A stretch of DNA of 50,257 bases, taken from positions 1 to 50,257 of IMG/VR virus record IMGVR_UViG_3300021090_000030, one strand, 5' to 3'. Made by a program: the position numbers and the translations under genes. Below the pieces are notes generated by a model, which was not told where the DNA came from, searched no databases, and saw only the letters and a program-made list of their open reading frames with translations. The stretch comes from a virus. Lineage: Duplodnaviria > Caudoviricetes. Of this stretch, positions 43,959-50,257 are shown one piece after another (positions within the stretch are counted from its first letter, which is position 1; each line of letters begins with the position of its first letter).

Positions 43959-44201
43959 CTATGTGGCAGGATAACTAGCACCACACCTTGTACAGACTGG
44001 ATAGAAGGCCACATAACCACAATTGCCGCAGACTCCCGTTACGTCAGGTACAACAGGTGTTGGAACGCACGATACTACGCCCAATTGTTTTGGCAAAGTA
44101 ATTACACGACCATCGGCCAAACGGATCACGGCTTCAATCTCTGCCGCACGTACTTCAATTTTGCTATTCTCATCGAAAACGAATTCAATTCTATATTTCA
44201 T
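43959..44201 (-). CDS. Small zinc-ribbon protein
   Basis: CGNC...CTRC. Confidence 0.6.
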   Translation of the reverse strand: MKYRIEFVFDENSKIEVRAAEIEAVIRLADGRVITLPKQLGVVSCVPTPVVPDVTGVCGNCGYVAFYPVCTRCGASYPAT

Positions 44202-45025
44202 ATGCGTTCCAATTCGAGAATCTTGCTCCAGATTTCCTCGATGGTTGGGTCGTACATGTATCTCATCAACTGACCCCCACTGTCAAGCATGCCGTACTGG
44301 TCTTTGGCGTAGAAGCTACTTGTTGCTCGTGTGAAGCCAATAATCTGTGAAGCGTTTGCTGCTTCCAAGTCTGCTGCAACGACAGACTTCGATCTGGTGT
44401 CGATTGTTTCTGTCTGAGTCAGTCGCATCACAAGATAGACGTACGACGCAATTTCACCTTGAGACTGTCCCCATAGCAACGGTCTCCTATAGATGTTGCC
44501 AACCTTGTCTTGCTTCTCGTTCTCTAATGACGTCAAGATGACATGCATGTCTAACTGTATATACTTGTAAGCCCAGTTCGTCATGATTTGCAGCACTTTG
44601 TAGAAGTCCCGAAGTTCGATGTCAGTCGGTAGGGCTCCAGGTTCAACATCCAAACCCGGTTTGATCGCCCTGAATGCGAAACGCTGTATTTCTGTCATGC
44701 CATCAGATATGACTGTTCTAAAGGGTTGTTTAGGCAAGTCTATCTCTGCAGCCTCACATGACTTGATGAACGGATGGTCAGCAGGCTGACCTTTGAAAAG
44801 CCAGTCATAGGGTAACGAGTAGTCAGACAGTTTTTCCATCGTAAAGATGGTTGGTTGAGGAACATAGCTACGAACAGACATTGGATTGCCAGCACTTTCC
44901 AACATTAGTACTGGACTAAAGTCGTCTACGAAGACGGCTGACGCTGCGGTACGGGTCTTGGTAGAACCTGGTGCGCCATAGAGTAGTGCCTTCAGGTACG
45001 GAGAACTAAGATCTGCTTGTTTCAT
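44198..45025 (-). CDS. AAA_24/Sak4-like recombination ATPase
   Basis: LLYGAPGSTKT, TVISDG, HVILTS, AKD. Confidence 0.8.
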   Translation of the reverse strand: MKQADLSSPYLKALLYGAPGSTKTRTAASAVFVDDFSPVLMLESAGNPMSVRSYVPQPTIFTMEKLSDYSLPYDWLFKGQPADHPFIKSCEAAEIDLPKQPFRTVISDGMTEIQRFAFRAIKPGLDVEPGALPTDIELRDFYKVLQIMTNWAYKYIQLDMHVILTSLENEKQDKVGNIYRRPLLWGQSQGEIASYVYLVMRLTQTETIDTRSKSVVAADLEAANASQIIGFTRATSSFYAKDQYGMLDSGGQLMRYMYDPTIEEIWSKILELERI

Positions 45026-46107
45026 TCTACCTCACGGAAGCTCTCTGCTCTTACACGTTGTTGGTACTCAGCCTGTAATAGCGATTGGAAGTTACCACCT
45101 TTACTCATAGTTAGACAAGGTGCTCGGAATGAACAAAAGTTGCATTGGATGAAGGTCGGCGCAGGGTATGCTTTCACTTCCGGATTTATCATTTCCATAG
45201 CCGTCCAGTACAAGTTGTCCTGTAGTTCTTTAATTTCGTACTGATTACGTCGTATAGGTAATCTGACAAAGAAACCATTATCCCCTATACTCATGTTATA
45301 GAACATATCCCCGTAATGTTGTTCTAAGAACTTCCAATCAACATCTGCCCCGTGATGCTTACGTAGGTCTGCTATGTATGAGAATGCAGTAAAGTCGCCT
45401 TTGGCCTTCGAGAGCATACCCGTATTGATTTCTCGTGGGTGGACTGGAGCCTTCTTACGCATGATGTTGTACAGAACACCGGATATCTTAATGTCCTTCA
45501 TTTGCTGTGCAGCAAAGACGTATGCTCCTGCCTGCTCGTCATTCTCCAATGACTTAGCAAGCTCTCCAATTGAACGCGCCGTCTTACATTCCCATATCCA
45601 ATAAGTGTGACTGGGCTTGTGGTATACTATACCATCAAAGCGCCCCTCTAGCCGTACACGAGGGTCGGGGATGCCTGTATCGGGATCGTACATTGGTACG
45701 TTGAATGGCACCTCGAGGTCCATGAACTCCAAAGTTTCATCTCGGAACTCTGATGTATCAACCTGAATCCATAACATGTAATGTTGAAGCACTTCGGAGA
45801 TAAGAGCGACACTATCGTCCCATTGTTGTTGTTCGCCCTTCCAAAGGTTACCAGCAATCTTAGTCTCGTTCGCCAAGTACGCATCCAAAGAGTCCCAGAT
45901 AGATTGTCCTTTCCCGTAGTACTCTTCTAGAGCGTAGTGCACTGCTCGACCAACAAAGAACGGGGCATATGGTACACTAGGTTCTAGGTTTTGACGTAAG
46001 CCACTTGAGAAGTCCCACTTCCTACGACAAGACCGAAACGTACGTATGTCACTAATGTGTATGTTGGTTGGTTGGTTGAAGGATGGTATGGTAGTTAGTT
46101 GTTTCAT
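45022..46107 (-). CDS. PD-(D/E)XK (Cas4/RecB-like) exonuclease
   Basis: CRRKW, GRAVH, GRFDG, WECKT, QAGAY, CNFCSFRAPC. Confidence 0.85.
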   Translation of the reverse strand: MKQLTTIPSFNQPTNIHISDIRTFRSCRRKWDFSSGLRQNLEPSVPYAPFFVGRAVHYALEEYYGKGQSIWDSLDAYLANETKIAGNLWKGEQQQWDDSVALISEVLQHYMLWIQVDTSEFRDETLEFMDLEVPFNVPMYDPDTGIPDPRVRLEGRFDGIVYHKPSHTYWIWECKTARSIGELAKSLENDEQAGAYVFAAQQMKDIKISGVLYNIMRKKAPVHPREINTGMLSKAKGDFTAFSYIADLRKHHGADVDWKFLEQHYGDMFYNMSIGDNGFFVRLPIRRNQYEIKELQDNLYWTAMEMINPEVKAYPAPTFIQCNFCSFRAPCLTMSKGGNFQSLLQAEYQQRVRAESFREVE

Positions 46108-46135
46108 GTGTCTCCTATAATGTAACTATACAAGA

Positions 46136-46204
46136 ATTATAACTGAATGTAAGCCAAAAAGCAAGTTAGATTTTGATATTACTTTACATGAACTAACCTT
46201 ACTT
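46136..46204 (-). promoter_or_regulatory. Promoter TTGCTT-17-TATAAT for replication operon plus upstream AACTAA-CC-TTACTT box
   Basis: Hexamers at 46159-46164 and 46136-46141; box at 46191-46204. Confidence 0.7.
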
Positions 46205-46375
46205 CGTCGTTTCGGGTAAAGGATTCTCTCTAACATAGGTTTGGGCTTCTGCTATTGCCTCATCACTCGTATCGTATTTCTTCTTGGTGGTGTACAGCAC
46301 TTCACTTTCGAATGTGGTTACGACAACCACATACTTATTACGAGGAGTCCGCCTTACGTTGAATATGATTCTCAT
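46199..46375 (-). CDS. Hypothetical protein (58 aa)
   Basis: Manual translation MRIIFNVRRTP...; GAGGA SD. Confidence 0.55.
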   Translation of the reverse strand: MRIIFNVRRTPRNKYVVVVTTFESEVLYTTKKKYDTSDEAIAEAQTYVRENPLPETTK

Positions 46376-46382
46376 TGATTCC

Positions 46383-46601
46383 TCAATTCAGTGGTGCCCA
46401 ACCTATCCACACTATAGGAAAGGATCTTTGACTCATTACATTGACAGCACTACCAAGAGTCATAAAGAAGATCGCCATACATGTTGATGCTCGTTCGTAA
46501 TCCTTACGCCACAAAAAGTACAAAAGAAATACAAAACTCCCGAAGCACAGGGCAAGGAGGCCGGAGTCAAGCAGATAACCTACCCTCACGTCAAGATACA
46601 T
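46383..46601 (-). CDS. Small two-TM membrane protein
   Basis: Two hydrophobic helices. Confidence 0.55.
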   Translation of the reverse strand: MYLDVRVGYLLDSGLLALCFGSFVFLLYFLWRKDYERASTCMAIFFMTLGSAVNVMSQRSFPIVWIGWAPLN

Positions 46602-47880
46602 TGGCCCTACGTACGAAGTTCAACAACATGTTCTGCTCGGATAGCTTGTTCGTCACCGCGTCCATTACTTGTGTGTCAACATCTGCTGAGTTCAGATAGT
46701 AAATTAGTTTCGGGGATATGATGTCGATACGATGTACTCGGTCGACCGCTTGCTTCATCTTCGTTGTTGACCAATGTTGGTCTAGAAAGACTACTGCATC
46801 TGCCATTCCCAAGTTCAAGGACTCTGACATGCCATCAATCGTTCCGGCAAGTATACGTCCCTCTCCTTTGATGAACTGATGTGATTCATCCAAACCTCCT
46901 ATGACCCGAAAGGCCCCTGTGCAATTGTGGACATGGTTCACCATCTCACGATACTTAGAGAAGACCAGTACATTCAGATTGGGGTTATTGTCTAAGAAGT
47001 CCAGTAGCCACTCTATTTTTGAGGACCCAGCCTTTAGACCTAGTAGTCCAGGCCAGGAAGCTATCTGGTGCAGTCGTGTGAATAGGGTCAAGGCGTTCGT
47101 AATGAGGAGTTGTTTGTCTTCTATGGCGACCAAAGCATCTATGGATTCGTAGAGCATATTATACTCAGCTTCTTGTTCGGGTGCCATCAGTATGGGTACA
47201 AAGGACTCAATCTTAGGTGGAAGCTCGGGGGCTACTTGCTCTTTCAATCTCCTGATTACATACGGCATAACTTGGGCCTGATACTCTATCAGATCAAGAG
47301 GGTCTCCAATGTTCCAACCCCCAAAGTAACCTTTCTTATTCTCGAACGTCCTTTTTATCCAGACCCAATAAGACGGAAAGGCTTCCCTGTCTAGCCACTT
47401 TAGCACAGGCCAGAGCTGACCACCATGTCGTTCAATCGGTGTCGCCGATAGTGCGATTTTCTGTGCCCCCATAAGCTTGGTTACGTTCTTCGAACGTTGC
47501 GTTGTTGCATTACGTATTTTATGTGCTTCGTCTAGAATGATGCTGTTCCATACTATTCGGGCAACAGGATATAGGATAATATTAGGTACCAATTCATCAT
47601 AAGTGGTTATAAACCAAGCATCCAGATTCTTAAAGTCATATGGTAGATGTTCGGTCATGATGACTGTCGCATCAGGTACTTGTTCTAGTATTGCCTCACG
47701 CCATTGTAGCTTAGCACTCTTCAAACATACCACTAAGACTTTTTTATGTTCGTTACCTGCTGCCTTTACTGCTTCTATTGAGGTTAGAGTCTTGCCGAGG
47801 CCGCAGTCGTCACACAAGTACGTATTGTGACTTGTCATATAGTCAATAGCGAACTGTTGAAAAGGGTAAGGAGTTTTCAT
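46591..47880 (-). CDS. SNF2-family DEAH helicase
   Basis: DDCGLGKT, ILDEAH, LSATP, SLNL, QAVDRVHR. Confidence 0.9.
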   Translation of the reverse strand: MKTPYPFQQFAIDYMTSHNTYLCDDCGLGKTLTSIEAVKAAGNEHKKVLVVCLKSAKLQWREAILEQVPDATVIMTEHLPYDFKNLDAWFITTYDELVPNIILYPVARIVWNSIILDEAHKIRNATTQRSKNVTKLMGAQKIALSATPIERHGGQLWPVLKWLDREAFPSYWVWIKRTFENKKGYFGGWNIGDPLDLIEYQAQVMPYVIRRLKEQVAPELPPKIESFVPILMAPEQEAEYNMLYESIDALVAIEDKQLLITNALTLFTRLHQIASWPGLLGLKAGSSKIEWLLDFLDNNPNLNVLVFSKYREMVNHVHNCTGAFRVIGGLDESHQFIKGEGRILAGTIDGMSESLNLGMADAVVFLDQHWSTTKMKQAVDRVHRIDIISPKLIYYLNSADVDTQVMDAVTNKLSEQNMLLNFVRRANVS

Positions 47881-48062
47881 TAATTGTACCTGTATCTCAA
47901 GACTTGAATGAATCTACGCTCGTCGGGCGTGTTTGGATGAAAAGAGGCGTTGGTTGTTATGTAATAGAGTATTAGCATACTTTCATCACTCAATTCACCC
48001 AACCATTGGAGTAGGGCTAAAGGCCCTCCAATCGTATATATCAATAACATGTTGCCTATCAT
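47880..48062 (-). CDS. Small hypothetical protein
   Basis: Coupled stop/start overlaps on both sides. Confidence 0.5.
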   Translation of the reverse strand: MIGNMLLIYTIGGPLALLQWLGELSDESMLILYYITTNASFHPNTPDERRFIQVLRYRYN

Positions 48063-48481
48063 CGAGATCTCTGCTTCACTCTATGCCTGACTAGCTGTCC
48101 TACTTCCTTTTGAGAGCCAGTCATATACGGCCCTATATTTCTACCGTTCACATCAATCTGCTGTACGTACGTCTTACCGTTTTCGTACTTGGATACCAAG
48201 AAGCGTGGTCCCTCTACTGTACTGAGTATGAAGGTATTGTTGTCTAGGGGTTCAACTTTTGCACCCGTAGCTAGCTTCTCTTCATCAACATCAAGGTGAA
48301 AGGGTTCGTGTTCGTCAGGCCAAGGTAAAAACATACTACCCACGAAGAACAAAATAATAGATCCTATAACAATCAACCAGATGACAGGAATATGAAGTCC
48401 GTCGTAGGCTACAGCTAACCCTCCTGCAGCAAACCCGAGCGCTATGACTGCTACAAGGCAACCAGCACCTGCATAATTCAT
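48059..48481 (-). CDS. Membrane protein (two N-terminal TMs)
   Basis: Hydrophobic N-terminal half. Confidence 0.65.
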   Translation of the reverse strand: MNYAGAGCLVAVIALGFAAGGLAVAYDGLHIPVIWLIVIGSIILFFVGSMFLPWPDEHEPFHLDVDEEKLATGAKVEPLDNNTFILSTVEGPRFLVSKYENGKTYVQQIDVNGRNIGPYMTGSQKEVGQLVRHRVKQRSR

Positions 48482-48882
48482 CGTATCATCCCCCGACCCT
48501 TAGCAAACTGATATGCATCTGCTAAACATCTATGATAGCGACGGGGAATCATATCCCACATCTCTGGCGTCATGAGACCAACATATGTAAGAAACAACGG
48601 GTGACTAACCAACATAATACAAGAGTCGACTTGTTGGATTTTGGCTACCGCATCGTCGTCATGATTGAACGCATAGTGTGTCAAAGCAGATTCACGCTCG
48701 TCGTGCGCCCATTTGACCATATCGACCATGAAATTGACATACGAGTGTCCGTAAGTAAACTGTTCTGGTTCGTGCTTCTCAATGCGTCTAAACCTTCTTG
48801 ATATGAAACGGGGTAACTCACCTAACGGGTCAACCATTGTATTGGGGTTAGGCATGGGGGGTTGTACAAAGTACTTCGGCAT
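48478..48882 (-). CDS. Hypothetical protein
   Basis: MPKYFVQ start with AGGAGG SD. Confidence 0.6.
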   Translation of the reverse strand: MPKYFVQPPMPNPNTMVDPLGELPRFISRRFRRIEKHEPEQFTYGHSYVNFMVDMVKWAHDERESALTHYAFNHDDDAVAKIQQVDSCIMLVSHPLFLTYVGLMTPEMWDMIPRRYHRCLADAYQFAKGRGMIR

Positions 48883-49150
48883 TTTGCCTCCTTTGGTGGT
48901 CGTAACGTGCCTCAAGGTTACCATTCACCAGACACTGTACGGCGTTACATATTGCGGGATGGATGTCTGCTAGTTTGACAAGATACGCCATTGTCTCTCT
49001 ATCACCGACTGTAGCAACGTAGATTGCCTCAATTATGCTGACGTAGTAGTCCTTTGGTAACAGCATGATAGGCTTGTTCTTAAGGACCTTGAGGACCCAT
49101 TGCTCCTCAGTCGTCAAGGGTTCATTCAACGATTTACAAGCCCTGTTCAT
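48848..49150 (-). CDS. Hypothetical protein
   Basis: 100 aa, ATGA coupling. Confidence 0.55.
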   Translation of the reverse strand: MNRACKSLNEPLTTEEQWVLKVLKNKPIMLLPKDYYVSIIEAIYVATVGDRETMAYLVKLADIHPAICNAVQCLVNGNLEARYDHQRRQNAEVLCTTPHA

Positions 49151-49395
49151 TGTCTGGGCTTGGGACTAACTACATGTCGGTAGGCTTGACCCATTGGGGC
49201 GTTTGTTACGTCGATGACTGGGTACTTGTGCTTACGACAGTAACGCTCACCTTTCTCGTCCATGTAAGTATCGTCTCGTAGTAAACACCCGTTATGTATG
49301 CGACAGAAGTAGATGTTCTCTATGTCCATCTTCGATGTTGTCGAGGGGTCGAGCAAGTCAGGGTCTGGTTTAGGTTTGAGTATATTTATAGTCAT
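49147..49395 (-). CDS. Small Cys/His protein
   Basis: CRIH...CRKH. Confidence 0.55.
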   Translation of the reverse strand: MTINILKPKPDPDLLDPSTTSKMDIENIYFCRIHNGCLLRDDTYMDEKGERYCRKHKYPVIDVTNAPMGQAYRHVVSPKPRQ

Positions 49396-49616
49396 GGGGT
49401 CTCCAAAGGCGTAAAGGGGTTGCGTATGGGTCCTGACCAGTAAGTGTCCGGTTCAGGTTTGACATAGATGCCCCCGAGCTCTCCTGCTTCCCAGTAGAAT
49501 AACTCGGTTGGGGCTGTGCTTATCATAGGTTCGACAAGTACTACCTGGTCAACGACCGTGATGTCTTGATTGAGTCCGCGTCGCCAGTAGTACCCCGACT
49601 GTGTAGGTATGTCCAT
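49392..49616 (-). CDS. Hypothetical protein
   Basis: MDIPTQSGYYW start, AAGGAGA SD. Confidence 0.6.
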   Translation of the reverse strand: MDIPTQSGYYWRRGLNQDITVVDQVVLVEPMISTAPTELFYWEAGELGGIYVKPEPDTYWSGPIRNPFTPLETP

Positions 49617-49695
49617 GTGTCTCCTTGTTGAACTTTTCAACTATCTGCTTAGCCGCATCGATGCGCTGGTCTCGTACAACGGCTCGCGTGAGCTG

Positions 49696-49899
49696 CTATA
49701 AATTACGCCATGCATTATCTTCTTCGGGCGTATCCCAATCGCGGGAAATTGGATCCCGTTTGGAAATAGTCCGCTCCACGCTTTGTTGGGCGGTGTGCCA
49801 TGCTTGCCACGCTAAATCATACGCTTCTGGTGTTGGCTTCTGAAAACACACACGACGTAACCATTCTTCAAATTCTTTATGCTGTTCTTCAACATTCAT
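49696..49899 (-). CDS. Hypothetical protein
   Basis: 67 aa, FEEW...AWQAW pattern of small phage proteins. Confidence 0.55.
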   Translation of the reverse strand: MNVEEQHKEFEEWLRRVCFQKPTPEAYDLAWQAWHTAQQSVERTISKRDPISRDWDTPEEDNAWRNL

Positions 49900-49921
49900 A
49901 ACTTGCTCTTAGTATAGTTTG

Positions 49922-50066
49922 GTGGGTCCGATAGATGAGTACTGTACGGAAGGTCGGTCCGTAGACGGTCACTCAACCATCATGTACAGTACTCACTTAC
50001 AGGACTCACATACCCCGGAATGACCCTTCCAGAGGAGGAGACTTCCTCCGGAAGGGCCGTATGAGG
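49922..50066 (-). ncRNA. Candidate structured RNA (two multi-stem domains)
   Basis: 12-bp perfect stem 49936-49947/49984-49995 with inner hairpin; 15-bp stem 50022-50058; G-U pairs mostly favour - strand. Confidence 0.4.
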
Positions 50067-50073
50067 CTTAGTC

Positions 50074-50220
50074 TTACTCGTCGGCCTCGGAATTGGTTGA
50101 GATATACAGTACGTCATCAAGTGACAACTGAGTAAATACAGGTGTTATGCTTGGAGGTGGTTCTGGTTCTGGCACGGCGGGATTCATCGGAACAGTAATT
50201 ACGGGTATGGGGTCATTCAT
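50074..50220 (-). CDS. Small Pro-rich hypothetical protein (48 aa)
   Basis: Manual translation MNDPIPVITVPMNPAVPEPEPPP...; CAGGAGG SD; overlaps RuvC-like stop. Confidence 0.55.
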   Translation of the reverse strand: MNDPIPVITVPMNPAVPEPEPPPSITPVFTQLSLDDVLYISTNSEADE

Positions 50221-50257
50221 TATGAGCCTCCTGAAAAGGGTTTGAAAGAAAATGGCG

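Noticed and set aside
45022-46107. Cas4 as evidence of a CRISPR system
   Set aside because: Sits with Sak4-like ATPase and SSB in a standard phage recombination module
33957-49843. Numerous + strand ORFs within the replication arm
   Set aside because: Antisense shadows of motif-supported - strand genes
50246-50257. 12-nt cos end
   Set aside because: Falls inside a coding sequence far from terS; better explained as assembly overlap

Overview
The window is an apparently complete, circularly permuted ~50.2 kb tailed (siphovirus-type) phage genome. Bases 1-12 repeat at 50246-50257, and a RuvC-like ORF reads through the join. No integrase, repressor, tRNA or CRISPR array was seen. The + strand (9191-33524) carries terminase, portal, scaffold, capsid, head-tail genes, three glycosyltransferase-like genes, tail tube, a -1 frameshifted tail chaperone, tape measure, tail tip/fibre, an RcGTA-type head-spike pair and a lysis block containing a stand-alone HD-GYP phosphodiesterase. 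The - strand (33580-50257 and 1-9070) carries a family A DNA polymerase fused to a family-4 uracil-DNA glycosylase domain, a 7-deazaguanine DNA-modification cluster (FolE, QueD, QueE, QueC, TGT/DpdA-like), RepB'-type primase-helicase, SSB, Sak4-like ATPase, PD-(D/E)XK exonuclease, SNF2 helicase and many small early genes, including five Xis/MerR-like HTH proteins. The most unusual non-coding signals are: (i) a ~38-unit, 11-bp-periodic TGAG array (7711-8124) beside a six-HTH-repeat protein; (ii) three early promoters with identical geometry of tandem CGTGA-N6-TCACG-like boxes; (iii) a palindromic AACTAA-N2-TTAGTT operator at five sites; (iv) a 165-bp skewed inverted repeat (candidate origin); (v) several structured RNA candidates. 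All family assignments come from motif recognition by eye, not database searches. The host is unknown; Chloroflexota is a weak guess from the look of the endolysin and TerS.
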